This document shows, in pieces, positions 14,120-25,512 of a stretch of 62,075 nucleotides of DNA. The stretch spans positions 1 through 62,075 of the forward strand of contig JAVYOD010000002.1 of assembly GCA_038734825.1 (NCBI GenBank). The letters run 5' to 3'. The stretch is from Thermoplasmatales archaeon (GTDB lineage: Archaea; Thermoplasmatota; Thermoplasmata; Thermoplasmatales; GCA-001856825). The position numbers and the translations under genes are program-made. Below the pieces are notes generated by a model. It did not search any database. It was not told the origin of the DNA and saw only the letters and a list, made by a program, of their open reading frames with translations. How positions within the stretch are numbered: the stretch's first letter is position 1; each line of letters opens with the position of its first letter.

Positions 14120-14464
14120 ATGCCTGAAGAAGATAACGATACTCAGGACGATACTCAGGAAGAGATCTCTAGGGTTATTTTACCTAATCCTAATAAGGGG
14201 GAAATGTTCGGTATAGTTGAAAAGATGCTTGGAAGTTCAAGATTAAATGTAATATGTGCCGATGGAAAGACTAGAGTAGGCCGAATTCCCGGAAAGATTA
14301 GGAAGAGGATGTGGATGAAAGAAGGTGATCTTGTAATAGTAAAACCGTGGAGCTTCCAAGATGACAGAGCTGACGTCACATTCAGATACACAAAGACTCA
14401 GGCTGCCTACCTGTCTAGAAATCAGATCCTTCCAGAGATATTAGATGTATTCAAACAGCAGTGA
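14120..14464 (+). CDS. eif1a: Translation initiation factor aIF-1A
   Basis: S1-like OB fold ...GEMFGIVEKMLGSSRLNVICADGKTRVGRIPGKIRKRMWMKEGDLVIV.... Confidence 0.92.
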   Translation: MPEEDNDTQDDTQEEISRVILPNPNKGEMFGIVEKMLGSSRLNVICADGKTRVGRIPGKIRKRMWMKEGDLVIVKPWSFQDDRADVTFRYTKTQAAYLSRNQILPEILDVFKQQ

Positions 14465-15194
14465 GGAAAGAGAAAAGGTTGAGAAAAGATTAAAGGAGAC
14501 CCAGAAGGTCTTCGGATATGTATTTGACAGAACTACTTTGTTGAACATCTACAAACTTTTTACTAGTAAGGTTCTTGACAGGTTCGAATTCCCTATTGCT
14601 TCAGGAAAAGAAAGCATAGTATTCGCCGCATCATCCGGAGGGAAGTTTTACGCAGTGAAGATCTATAAGACTGTGGCGTCCACATTTAAAAACATAGAGA
14701 GATATGCGGGCCAGAGATGGGATGTTAATACAAGTGGTAACAGGAGGAAATTTATAGGAAAATGGGCATATCAAGAGTTCAGAAACTTGCGGATTGCCAG
14801 TGATGCAGGTGTGTTGGTCCCAAAGCCAGTCAAGGTTTCTGGAAGTATTCTCGTAATGCAATACCTCGGTACTAAACGGAGACCGTCTACTCTCCTAAAG
14901 GATTACGAAGTTGACGAGAAAATTATGAAAGAATGCATAAACTCGATACGCAAGCTTTACCTTGATGCCGGCATGGTGCACGGTGACTTGAGCGAATACA
15001 ATTTCCTGATCTTCAGGCGAAGACCCTATATGATTGACATGGCGCAGGCAGTTAGTACCAGAGATGAGGTGGCATCATTCCTTCTTAAGAGAGACGTAAG
15101 GATAATCGCAAAATTTTTTAACAAAATTGGATTTGAACTGCAAGAAAACAAACTGCTTAAATACATTACTGGTGAGAAGGATGTATTCTATTAG
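14445..15194 (+). CDS. rio1: RIO-type serine/threonine protein kinase (Rio1-like)
   Basis: Shows ...IASGKESIVFAA... and HGDLSEYNFLI catalytic loop. It overlaps the aIF1A 3' end, in the conserved aIF1A-Rio-KH context. Confidence 0.88.
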   Translation: MYSNSSEEREKVEKRLKETQKVFGYVFDRTTLLNIYKLFTSKVLDRFEFPIASGKESIVFAASSGGKFYAVKIYKTVASTFKNIERYAGQRWDVNTSGNRRKFIGKWAYQEFRNLRIASDAGVLVPKPVKVSGSILVMQYLGTKRRPSTLLKDYEVDEKIMKECINSIRKLYLDAGMVHGDLSEYNFLIFRRRPYMIDMAQAVSTRDEVASFLLKRDVRIIAKFFNKIGFELQENKLLKYITGEKDVFY

Positions 15195-15723
15195 AATACC
15201 CATGGAGAGAATTGGCGTTTTGATTGGTAAAAACGGATCAGTAAAGGAGGAAATCGAGAGAATATCCAATACTGTTATAAAGATAGATTCGTCTACAGGG
15301 GAAGTAATCGTTGATGACTCAAATATAACAAACCCGGAGATGGGGCTTAGGACGAGGGACGTCATCAGGGCAATAGGCAGAGGCTTTTCGCCTGAAAGAG
15401 CATTCAGACTTTTCGACCCTGGCACTTATCTCGAGATAATAGACATAAAGGAGTTTGTAGGTAAGAATTCGAAGAGGGCCAAAACAGTTCGGGGCAGGTT
15501 GATCGGATCAGGAGGAAAGACCAGGAGACTCATAGAGGAAATGTCAGAATCGTATGTTTCAATTTATGGGAATACAGCTTGCCTGATCGGAGATTATATA
15601 CAAAATGAGATCTCGAGGGAGAGCATTCTCATGATCTTAAGAGGCAATCAACATAGTACCGTATATAAATATCTCGAGAGGAGGAGAAGGGATCTCAGGC
15701 TGTCAAGGCTTGACTCTATTTAG
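15181..15723 (+). CDS. KH-domain RNA-binding protein (Dim2/Pno1-like)
   Basis: MYSIRIPMERIGVLIGKNGSVKEEIE plus a second KH region (LIGSGGKTRRLIEE). I prefer ATG 15181 over the ORF-track start at 15127, which runs deep into rio1. Confidence 0.8.
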   Translation: MYSIRIPMERIGVLIGKNGSVKEEIERISNTVIKIDSSTGEVIVDDSNITNPEMGLRTRDVIRAIGRGFSPERAFRLFDPGTYLEIIDIKEFVGKNSKRAKTVRGRLIGSGGKTRRLIEEMSESYVSIYGNTACLIGDYIQNEISRESILMILRGNQHSTVYKYLERRRRDLRLSRLDSI

Positions 15724-16265
15724 TTCACGATTCCAGCTATCATGTTGACAAGCCTTAAAGGTTCGGGCAAGTTACCGGCTAATGTCACCTGCTTTATGAA
15801 TCTGTAAGCGTGAATTGGTCCTATGCCAGATGTCTGGATGAATATGCCCTTGTACTCTGTGAACTCACCTCTTAACAAATGAATCCTCCTTTCCCAATCT
15901 GTGAAATGCTTCACCAGAGCATCTTTCATCCCCTCTATATCGGGTTTGTGATCAACAACATTTACAACAGGAATTCCGGTTTCTGTGAAAAGCCTATTAA
16001 CGTCCAGGATATTGAAACCGCCAAATGTGATTCCCTGTGTCATTATGATGCTAATACCTGACCCCTTACGTTCTACCATTGAAATAATTACATCTGTTGA
16101 ATCATCACCATCGACACTTATTCTGTCTTTCAGCACTGATTCTATATACATATCCTTCCTCATAATTAGACCAACGATTGAAGTAGATCTCTGTCCCCTA
16201 GAAAAAGGAGCATCATCGAATGCCATTATCCTTGCATCCTTGTTGAATAATGAATTCAGATCCAC
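15720..16265 (-). CDS. DUF99 / UPF0215 family protein (endonuclease V-like fold)
   Basis: IMAFDDAPF... and ...ITFGGFNILD... match the archaeal DUF99 pattern. Confidence 0.65.
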   Translation of the reverse strand: MDLNSLFNKDARIMAFDDAPFSRGQRSTSIVGLIMRKDMYIESVLKDRISVDGDDSTDVIISMVERKGSGISIIMTQGITFGGFNILDVNRLFTETGIPVVNVVDHKPDIEGMKDALVKHFTDWERRIHLLRGEFTEYKGIFIQTSGIGPIHAYRFIKQVTLAGNLPEPLRLVNMIAGIVN

Positions 16266-16395
16266 TACATATCATAATAATTCCCGCTATAATTCTTTCC
16301 TCAAAAATTATAGGAATATAGCTAACTCAGGAAATCCCAGGAGATGTTCCATTGCGATCTGATATTTCCCCGGAGACATTCAACAAACATTTTTA

Positions 16396-17742
16396 ATGCT
16401 CAGAGATTTATCTTCAATGAGGGAAGACATAGAGAAATTTTTTCTAGAAAGGGGCTGCCTAGTTGAGGAAAGGGTTATAGAGGAAATAGAGAGAAGGGGA
16501 GGTATCGAATATGTGATCAGGAACGAAGGGAGGCTCGATTTTTCAGGCCCCGTCTTTTCTCTAGAGAGACTCCCACCGGTGAATGACTTTTCCATCGTCA
16601 AGGAGTTTAACATTGAAGGCTACCCCGGCGTTAGCGATTCCTTCGTTGATATATTTCGCTCAAGGTATCACTTCCTGCACGAAAAGCTTAACACGAGGTC
16701 TAGTTCATATAGATTCACTCCGATATCAAAACTGAAGAAAACTGGGGGAGTTGTTTTCGGTTCGGGTATGGTTTCCGACGTTTCTGAGACGAAGAAGGGT
16801 TTTAAGATTGTGGAAGTTGAAGATGATGAGTCCGCTATCAAAATAATACTACCTAAGAATTTCAAGGACATTATAATAAGAGATGAGGTCATCGGTTTTT
16901 CTGGCAGGTTTAGCAGAGAAGGAGAAGCGATATTCGTTGATAACATATACCACCCGGAAGTCTCAATTGAACAAAGAAAGTTCAACTACGGAGTGAAAGT
17001 GCTAGTTGTATCTGATATTCACGTAGGTTCAAAGAAATTTATGAAAGATAGCTTTCTTAATATGGTAGATTACGTAAATTCTGAGGGAATCCAATTTGTC
17101 ATTATGAACGGTGATCTGGTTGATGGTATAGGAGTATATCCGGATCAGGAAAGCGATCTCGAGATAAAGGACATTAACCTTCAATACAAGGAACTGGCAA
17201 ATCTCCTATCCAAGTTCGGAGCCCAGACGAGGGTCGTATTGATCCCAGGAAATCACGATATTGTATACCCCATGGAACCCCAGAATCCTCTACCTAAATA
17301 CATAGCTAATCTTTTCCCTAACAACGTGATCTCGCTTTCAAATCCTGTTTGGATCCAGATAGCTGGAAGGACATTTCTTCTGTACCACGGCACTTCCATA
17401 TTTGATTTCCTCGAATCCATACCTGGCTCAACCCTTAATGATACAGCAAAGGTGATGTCTGAAATGCTAAAGAGGGGACACTTGGCCCCAGAGTACGGAA
17501 GGAATCTCTCATTCATTCCACTGAAAACTGACTACTATCTGATAGACCCTGTCCCTGATGTCCTTGTTACAGGGCACGTTCACGATCATTCTGTTATTAC
17601 CTTCAGGGGAATACTAGGGGTAAACGGGTCTACCTTTCAAGAACAAACTGCATACCAGAGAATGATGAACTTTAACCCGAAGCCAGCGATTGGAACAGTG
17701 ATAAATACATCCGATCTTTCGTACGAGACGGTGAAATTTTGA
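16396..17742 (+). CDS. polB: DNA polymerase D (Pol II) small subunit DP1
   Basis: Calcineurin-like phosphoesterase motifs VVSDIHVGS, GDLVDG, GNHD and GHVH in the C-terminal half. Confidence 0.88.
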   Translation: MLRDLSSMREDIEKFFLERGCLVEERVIEEIERRGGIEYVIRNEGRLDFSGPVFSLERLPPVNDFSIVKEFNIEGYPGVSDSFVDIFRSRYHFLHEKLNTRSSSYRFTPISKLKKTGGVVFGSGMVSDVSETKKGFKIVEVEDDESAIKIILPKNFKDIIIRDEVIGFSGRFSREGEAIFVDNIYHPEVSIEQRKFNYGVKVLVVSDIHVGSKKFMKDSFLNMVDYVNSEGIQFVIMNGDLVDGIGVYPDQESDLEIKDINLQYKELANLLSKFGAQTRVVLIPGNHDIVYPMEPQNPLPKYIANLFPNNVISLSNPVWIQIAGRTFLLYHGTSIFDFLESIPGSTLNDTAKVMSEMLKRGHLAPEYGRNLSFIPLKTDYYLIDPVPDVLVTGHVHDHSVITFRGILGVNGSTFQEQTAYQRMMNFNPKPAIGTVINTSDLSYETVKF

Positions 17743-18329
17743 CACTGTGGGGAGACATACTGAGCCATGAGGGCTATCTGCACAAAGAGAGGCATATCAA
17801 AGCGTTCAATGATGTGAAGAGGGAAGATTTTTTAGAGGGAAGGTACAGATATTACGCGTCCGTTGACGAACCGATGCCGCTGCGCCATGGACAGACACAA
17901 TCTGCCCCGCACATGGATGCTATTTTTGTTGAGGCGGTAGATCCTGAGCCTGAAGACATAGTTCTGGAAATAGGTACAGGGAGTGGTTATCTCACCACAA
18001 TACTTTCTTTTCTGTGTAAGAGGGTAATATCAGTTGAATACTACTGTGATCTGGCACAGGCCGCCGCCAAGAGTATAGCGCGTTACGGGGCAGACAACGT
18101 TGATTTAATCTGCGGGAACATAAATTCCATCTGCTTAAGGGAAAATTTTGATGCTATCATCTCAACATCTAGCTTTCGCAAAGAACCAAACTTCTTACTC
18201 AGTATTTTAAAGCAGGACGGCATTTTAATTTTCCCCCTTGGAAGTTACCCACCACAAGAACTGATTGAGATTAAAAGTGGAAAGAGGGCAAAATTAGGAA
18301 TAGTATCTTTTGTGACTATTATTGATTAG
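17739..18329 (+). CDS. pcm: Protein-L-isoaspartate O-methyltransferase
   Basis: GQTQSAPHM and SAM motif [16 protein letters not shown] overlap with DP1. Confidence 0.82.
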   Translation: MTLWGDILSHEGYLHKERHIKAFNDVKREDFLEGRYRYYASVDEPMPLRHGQTQSAPHMDAIFVEAVDPEPEDIVLEIGTGSGYLTTILSFLCKRVISVEYYCDLAQAAAKSIARYGADNVDLICGNINSICLRENFDAIISTSSFRKEPNFLLSILKQDGILIFPLGSYPPQELIEIKSGKRAKLGIVSFVTIID

Positions 18330-19297
18330 CCATCGGAAATTCCATCTTCTGAAACCATTATAACAGCTTCCCCTTCTGGGAGATGCGGAGAATCTATTAA
18401 CCTGGCTATTCTCTTACCGCCTTTGGATTTCCTGAGATATATCCTATAGGTGCTTGCATGACCTACTATGTTTCCACCGATCGAAGTTGTTGGATCACCG
18501 AAAAATACGTCAGGCCTAGCAGCCACCTGATTCGTCACTGCTATTGCAGCATTATATATATCCCCGAATCTGAGGAGATCGTGGAGATGCCTGTTGAGTA
18601 ACTGCTGCCTTTCAGCTAGGGTCCCTCTACCTGTATATTCTGCCCTGAAATGTGCTGTTAGTGAGTCTACTATGAGCAACTTCACCTGATATTTTGAAGT
18701 AAGTTCGTATGCCTTCTCTACGAGGAGTATCTGATGACTGGAATTATATGCCCTAGCAACATGTATCTTCTTGAGGACTTCCACAGGATCCAGTTCCAGA
18801 TGCTTTGCCATCTGCACTATACGCTCAGGCCTGAAGGTATTTTCAGTATCAATAAATAAAACCTCCCCCGCAAGCCCATTCTTCTCTAACGGAAGTGTTG
18901 CATTTACTGCAAGTTGGTGCATTATCTGTGTCTTCCCAGATGCAAATTCTCCGAAAAACTCTGTGATTGCTGCAGTCTCTACCCCGCCCCCCAGTAGCTC
19001 GTCAAGCGCCTTAGAACCTGTAGTTAACCTTCTAATCTCCTTTCTTTTCTCGAGTAAGACATCCCCAGATTCAAAATTCCCAATGTCTGCTGCTTTCCTT
19101 GCGGATATAATTATCTTTGCAGCAACATTCTCACCAATCTCTGCTGCTTCCGCGACATCCTTTGGAGATGCAACAGCTAAGCTCATTATATCGCCGTACC
19201 CTGATTCCCTGAGCTTTTCTGCAATTGATTCACCAACGCCAGCAAGATCTTCTAATTCTTTTACCTTCTTTCCCTTATCTGCCATAGATGAGATCAC
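18326..19297 (-). CDS. radA: DNA repair and recombination protein RadA
   Basis: N-terminal HhH ([12 protein letters not shown]), Walker [10 protein letters not shown], Walker B LLIVDS. Confidence 0.95.
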   Translation of the reverse strand: MISSMADKGKKVKELEDLAGVGESIAEKLRESGYGDIMSLAVASPKDVAEAAEIGENVAAKIIISARKAADIGNFESGDVLLEKRKEIRRLTTGSKALDELLGGGVETAAITEFFGEFASGKTQIMHQLAVNATLPLEKNGLAGEVLFIDTENTFRPERIVQMAKHLELDPVEVLKKIHVARAYNSSHQILLVEKAYELTSKYQVKLLIVDSLTAHFRAEYTGRGTLAERQQLLNRHLHDLLRFGDIYNAAIAVTNQVAARPDVFFGDPTTSIGGNIVGHASTYRIYLRKSKGGKRIARLIDSPHLPEGEAVIMVSEDGISDG

Positions 19298-20294
19298 CTA
19301 TTCTTAGTGTACTATCAGTCTCCCTTATTGAGGACTCCTTATCTTTTAGCTGAAACATTGATCTTATCGCATCAACGTTCTCTGGAACAACGTCACTTTC
19401 CTGGTGCACAGCCTGATAATAGAACAACTCATTCCCCTTGACACTGATTGAGTCTCTCCAAAGAATAATTTCGTAGAGATCTGACCTCTCTCTTCCAGTC
19501 TCCCTGGCAATATCCATTATCTGAGAAGTGCTCTTGACACCATCCTTCCCTGAGACAAAAGCAATCCTCCTAAGCCCTGACCATGCAGATAGAATATCTT
19601 CAGTCTTTATATTTTCGGGGAACTCAACATGAACAAAATGTAAATGCATCAGCGTAGTTGGAACCTTGACTGCCATTGTCTCAATATCCAGCCCTTTTAT
19701 GATTGATGCTACATCAGGACCGTGGTGAGATGGAATTTTGAGGTCAGGTACAATCGAGTTTATAGGGCCCTTTGTGTAATCATCTGGATCGGTCGCTCTT
19801 CTAACCAGGTTGGCTCTGACTCTTATTTTACCGAAACTTGTTAAAGGGTAAATGGTCCTGACAAGGGCAGTAGTATTGCAGGATACTACTCTAACATAGT
19901 CCTTTCCCCATGCTTCCTCATAGTTTGCATACGCATTGAAAGATGTTCCGGTTAAGCTATGTTCTTCTCCGCCCTGAAATAACGCCTTCTTTTTTGCTTT
20001 CTCGTACATCTTCTTGTATTTCTCTCCCTCTCCTTCAGGTGTGGCGTCCACTATTATATCGGATTCTTCTATCAGATCTTCTACAGTACCTTCAGTCTTT
20101 ATGCCGGCATCATCAAATGCCTTAGCTGCATTCCTATCAGGAACATATAGACTGAACCTCTTGCTTGCAACGTGCGACATATAATTAGGGTGTGCCTTTA
20201 CAACACCAGATACCTTCATATCTGGCTGCTTTGCAATTGCATCAGCTACCCGTTTCCCTATAGTCCCATACGCATTGATACCTACTTTTAGCAT
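19275..20294 (-). CDS. gap: Glyceraldehyde-3-phosphate dehydrogenase, archaeal type
   Basis: [17 protein letters not shown], active-site SCNTT, length about 340 aa. Confidence 0.93.
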   Translation of the reverse strand: MLKVGINAYGTIGKRVADAIAKQPDMKVSGVVKAHPNYMSHVASKRFSLYVPDRNAAKAFDDAGIKTEGTVEDLIEESDIIVDATPEGEGEKYKKMYEKAKKKALFQGGEEHSLTGTSFNAYANYEEAWGKDYVRVVSCNTTALVRTIYPLTSFGKIRVRANLVRRATDPDDYTKGPINSIVPDLKIPSHHGPDVASIIKGLDIETMAVKVPTTLMHLHFVHVEFPENIKTEDILSAWSGLRRIAFVSGKDGVKSTSQIMDIARETGRERSDLYEIILWRDSISVKGNELFYYQAVHQESDVVPENVDAIRSMFQLKDKESSIRETDSTLRIGDLIYGR

Positions 20295-20320
20295 GCAATG
20301 TCACTTTGTAAATCACGCTC

Positions 20321-20330
20321 TCATTATAAT
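20321..20330 (-). promoter_or_regulatory. Candidate TATA box for gap
   Basis: The minus strand reads attataatga, centred about 32 nt upstream of the gap ATG. Confidence 0.35.
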
Positions 20331-20338
20331 CCTTTCCT

Positions 20339-20344
20339 AAAAAA
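20339..20344 (-). terminator. Oligo-T tract immediately 3' of the 16S processing stem
   Basis: The minus strand reads TTTTTT directly after the downstream arm of the 16S flanking helix. Archaeal terminators are oligo-T runs. Confidence 0.35.
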
Positions 20345-20351
20345 TGGATAT

Positions 20352-20370
20352 GATGGGAAGAGAACCCATT
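20352..20370 (-). other. 3' arm of the pre-16S processing helix
   Basis: gatgggaagagaacccatt is complementary to 21881-21901 (atgggaagagaa/ttctcttcccat plus ccatt/aatgg, with an internal bulge). Confidence 0.7.
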
Positions 20371-20377
20371 CTAGCTT

Positions 20378-21850
<1,473 letters not shown>

Positions 21851-21880
21851 TGTTGATTCTACCATGTTAACTATTTGCGG

Positions 21881-21901
21881 AATGGATCTTCTCTTCCCAT
21901 C
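21881..21901 (-). other. 5' arm of the pre-16S processing helix
   Basis: aatggatcttctcttcccatc pairs with 20352-20370. The unpaired gat/c residues give a bulge-helix-bulge-like geometry. Confidence 0.7.
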
Positions 21902-22192
21902 TCAGATTCGAGTATCATTTTTTCTCCTCGAATCCTCATTCATTTTGCCGTTCAGGAACCAAACTCTCACGAAGTCCAAATGGACTATCGAGCTTGTCGT
22001 ATATAACGGCAAAAGAAAGTAAAGACAACACCATATATTAGTTTTCTGGTTTCATTTTGATCTAGGATGAAGCTAATTTAGCTTATCTTAGATTTTTCAG
22101 AATTATCTTAAGGTGGGGAAAATTCAAAATGACCTGTTAAGTCTTTAAGGATAAGCATTAGATTATCGTAAAATTTTAAACTGCGCGATAGT

Positions 22193-22211
22193 GGTGATTA
22201 TATTAATCACC
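22193..22211. repeat. Perfect inverted repeat GGTGATTA-TAT-TAATCACC
   Basis: 8-bp arms with a 3-nt spacer, in the divergent region between the 16S promoter side and tatA. Confidence 0.8.
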
Positions 22212-22257
22212 AAGTTAGGAGGAATGTTGTTCCATTAAATTAATATATGAATCTTAA

Positions 22258-22464
22258 ATGAGATATCGCATGTTAGATAGCCCAACTGACTGGATAATAT
22301 TCATCGTAGTTGTGCTTGTCATCCTAGGTGGCTCAAAAAAGATACCAGAATTGGCTAAATCTCTAGGAAGGGCAATGGGTGAGTTCAGAAAAGGAAGACT
22401 AGAAGTTGAGAAAGAAATCAACGAAGCTATGAAAGCGGAGAACAACGTAGAGACAAAACAGTAG
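22258..22464 (+). CDS. tatA: Sec-independent (Tat) translocase protein TatA/E
   Basis: TM helix followed by an amphipathic helix: DWIIFIVVVLVILGGSKKIPELAKSLGRAMGEFRKG. ATG 22270 (MLDSPTDW) is an alternative start, placed about 28 nt after the TATA-like ttaaattaatatat. Confidence 0.85.
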   Translation: MRYRMLDSPTDWIIFIVVVLVILGGSKKIPELAKSLGRAMGEFRKGRLEVEKEINEAMKAENNVETKQ

Positions 22465-22507
22465 AAAATATCAAAGTGCTCAGGAATCAAAAGACTTGCG
22501 AATTAGG

Positions 22508-23917
22508 TCAGGCTTTAAAAACAGCGCTGACCAAGCTACTCTGAGTTGCTAACCACATAAATGGGATCATCGATATCCACAGGACCATGGATAGCTCTGT
22601 CTGTTGCGAAAATGTCCAGAATGGCCATATATTTTTCTGCATATAGAAGATAAGATAAAACAGGATAACTGGAATTATTCCAAGCGCCACAACATATCCC
22701 TCGAGGAATGTAATTCCAGCAATTGATGTTTTGGAATATGAAGCTAACGAGACTATAAACCCCGAGAGTAGAGATAGATAAGACATCAGCGAAAATACTA
22801 GTGGGTTATTCATCGTGGAAGCCGTAAGTGGAGGAATAAACCATATTATCACCAATAGAAGCGCGAAAATTAACAGGAAAATGGAGATTGCTGGAGACAA
22901 TCTAAAACTTCTGAGGAACCCCTTTATTAGGTAGTAGAATACAAAACCATCCAGAATCATTAGCATCATCATTCCGAAAAGGAAAATGGGGTTTCTTTCT
23001 AAACCGAAGGCTACGCCCAGGACTTCTGCTATTTGTCCTCCTATTAGCCAGACGGCGAAAATGGGAAAGACAAATTTAGAACTTCGGCTAAATCTTATCC
23101 TTGGGATCCTACTCCTTGCATAAAATCTAGAAACCAGTAGGTATGTAGCAAAGAGGAGCGCTACACTGAGGCCGAAGAAAGGAAGCAGTAGTGAATTTAA
23201 GATCAGGAGGGATGCAGCCGGGAATATCCCTATTGCGCTTTCACACTGGCATCCCAATGCACTAAGAGCGCTATAGCCTGCAGATGCTAGGCCACTCACC
23301 TTTTTATTCTTATTCAAAAGCGGGACGATCAGATGGTAATTCTCCACAAGGAGAACTGAGGTAATTAGGTAAAGAAAAAACTGAAATGGAGAAATAATAA
23401 TGTCAGCGCTTTTCGTAGACAGAAACAGACCGGCAAATTCTGTTATGGGGATTTGTTCACCTATCGCACTCATCCTGTCAGCTAAAAGCTCCACAGTTAG
23501 TGGTGCAGGAACTGGCTGAGTAACTAGGAGGATCGATTTGCTTATGAAAAACATAAATGCCAGGACTAGCATGAAAGAGATGAACCTCGTAGTTTTATGT
23601 TTTATCTCCATTCTAAATAAAGCTAGCGAGGCAGCGCAAGCGGATGGGATTACGAATAAGGTTAGAAATGCGTTTTGGGCTAGTAGCGATAACGCGAATT
23701 CGTAAAATAGTAGGTAAGAGAGTGCATAGAATTCTATAAGTTCCTTCTTGACCAAGATTGGAAATATAATAACAGCATTGATAGCTATTGAAGAAAGAAG
23801 GAGTAGAAATGATGAGTCTGAAGAGTAAATTATTAAATTAGACCAAGCCCCAAAGAAAATTAGGATATCAAGAAAAAATAAAGAAATTACAGTTAAAATG
23901 TAAATCCATCTATTCAT
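22508..23917 (-). CDS. Polytopic integral membrane protein (about 12 or more TM helices), no recognisable family
   Basis: Continuous hydrophobic periodicity over 469 aa. The start overlaps the cytochrome b stop by 8 nt. Very few His residues, so it is not a heme-copper oxidase subunit I. Confidence 0.6.
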   Translation of the reverse strand: MNRWIYILTVISLFFLDILIFFGAWSNLIIYSSDSSFLLLLSSIAINAVIIFPILVKKELIEFYALSYLLFYEFALSLLAQNAFLTLFVIPSACAASLALFRMEIKHKTTRFISFMLVLAFMFFISKSILLVTQPVPAPLTVELLADRMSAIGEQIPITEFAGLFLSTKSADIIISPFQFFLYLITSVLLVENYHLIVPLLNKNKKVSGLASAGYSALSALGCQCESAIGIFPAASLLILNSLLLPFFGLSVALLFATYLLVSRFYARSRIPRIRFSRSSKFVFPIFAVWLIGGQIAEVLGVAFGLERNPIFLFGMMMLMILDGFVFYYLIKGFLRSFRLSPAISIFLLIFALLLVIIWFIPPLTASTMNNPLVFSLMSYLSLLSGFIVSLASYSKTSIAGITFLEGYVVALGIIPVILFYLIFYMQKNIWPFWTFSQQTELSMVLWISMIPFMWLATQSSLVSAVFKA

Positions 23918-25508
23918 TATACACTAGAGATCTGTAGAGCATTACAAATGAGCTGGCAATGAGGAAAAGGATCCCCATCCCGATACCGTATAATGACTGA
24001 TTAAAAGAGTTCGTCGGAGGTATTACTGATATCATAGATATAATAGCAACTGCCAGAAATCCGAAGAGACCCCCGAACACTATATGACCTTTAGGAGACA
24101 ACTTTTTCACTGCAGGTTCCCTTCGAACCCCATAAATTAGCGCATACGTTACCAGGCCAGCTATTGCAAGGAGAACCGAAAGTATTATTGCCGATATTGA
24201 GGAGAATAGAGATATTGAAGCGATGGAAGAATAAATGGCCATACCAGCGAGGACGGAGAGAAGACCGTCTATGACCATCATTACGTATATCTTCCACGAG
24301 TTTTGAAATTTTGTACGCCCGCTTTCAATGATTTTGGAAATATACCAAACTATTGGGATAACTATAATCATTGGTATGACGAAGAAAAGTAGGCCAACAA
24401 TATTGCTGACTGGAACACCAGGGTAAAGGGCGCCCCATGCTGAAAGCCCGATCAGGTAGATCACGCCTATCACACCTGTTGAAACATAAAGATGCCTCTT
24501 TGTGGTTTTGAGGGTCTCGGATTTGTCAATGTAAGGAATGGCAAATAGATAGACGAGAGGAAGACCTATGAAGAGAACAGATGCCCAAAAAGGTCCTATC
24601 GTGCCTGAGATTCCAAAATCTAGCTCCTTGTACACAAAGAGGAGAAACCAGGGAGGATAGGGTGGTACAAGTGAGGCAAGAGGGCTTGTAGCTGATACCT
24701 GCGGGAACGGTGAGAAAAGTGCAGGGACATGGGGGGTTATGGCTATTACAGAAGGAATTATAAAAATCAAGGCGAGTGTGAAGAGAGCTATCTGAACCAT
24801 ATAATAAAGGTTGTAAGGGTACCACGGTTTGTAGTCTTTATCCTCTATGTCTAAAGCAGGAACTTTGTAATTACCCTTTTTTGGGTCCGGCATTATAGTG
24901 TTATATTCTGCCAGGAAAAAGTGCATGGCAAAAATGACAAGTATGAGCCCTGCTAGTATTATATGCCACCCCTCGTACCTAGTAAAGAGAGAGATAGATT
25001 CTCCGTTTCCAAGGATTATTAGAGAAAGATAGGAACCAATGAACGGGAACCCATTTATTATCCCCCTTGCAACATCTGTTGCATCCGATGAAAGGACATC
25101 TCCAGAAAGAGAATACCCAAAATAGGCAACTGCAACTGTTAGGATTAGAAGGATTACTCCTGATACCCACTGCATCTCTCTTGGTTTTTTATATGCACCA
25201 ACGAATAGGTTCCTTAAGAGATGAACATATACAAGCGCTATCATAATGTAGGCACCGTAAAGATGCGTTGTAAGTATAACTGAACCGTACGGGATTCCAA
25301 GAATGGCTTCTGTGCTTGCGTATGCGTTTGAAGGTTGATAGTAAAGAAACAGTATGAGACCTGTCGCTACTTCGTAGAAAAAGGCAATCATAACCATAGC
25401 CCCAGTCCAGTACCATATTCCACCCCTACTTCTCATATAGTCTGGAACCTTTCTTGGTAGTGGCTTTGGTTCATTCATCACCAATTCAAGCAAACTTTTA
25501 TCTGGCAT
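23910..25508 (-). CDS. Cytochrome b (bc/ba-complex type) with extended C-terminal membrane domain
   Basis: Two H-x13-H pairs in TM helices (THLYGAYIMIALVYVH and WHIILAGLILVIFAMH), as in the di-heme cytochrome b helices B and D. 532 aa. Confidence 0.85.
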   Translation of the reverse strand: MPDKSLLELVMNEPKPLPRKVPDYMRSRGGIWYWTGAMVMIAFFYEVATGLILFLYYQPSNAYASTEAILGIPYGSVILTTHLYGAYIMIALVYVHLLRNLFVGAYKKPREMQWVSGVILLILTVAVAYFGYSLSGDVLSSDATDVARGIINGFPFIGSYLSLIILGNGESISLFTRYEGWHIILAGLILVIFAMHFFLAEYNTIMPDPKKGNYKVPALDIEDKDYKPWYPYNLYYMVQIALFTLALIFIIPSVIAITPHVPALFSPFPQVSATSPLASLVPPYPPWFLLFVYKELDFGISGTIGPFWASVLFIGLPLVYLFAIPYIDKSETLKTTKRHLYVSTGVIGVIYLIGLSAWGALYPGVPVSNIVGLLFFVIPMIIVIPIVWYISKIIESGRTKFQNSWKIYVMMVIDGLLSVLAGMAIYSSIASISLFSSISAIILSVLLAIAGLVTYALIYGVRREPAVKKLSPKGHIVFGGLFGFLAVAIISMISVIPPTNSFNQSLYGIGMGILFLIASSFVMLYRSLVYNE

Positions 25509-25512
25509 TCAA

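Noticed and set aside
15127-15180. Upstream-extended starts given by the ORF track for the KH protein (15127), S27e (37611) and aIF2alpha (37736).
   Set aside because: The extensions overlap the preceding genes extensively and encode non-conserved, Cys/Arg-rich peptide. Internal ATGs at 15181, 37632 and 37817 give canonical N-termini and typical short overlaps.
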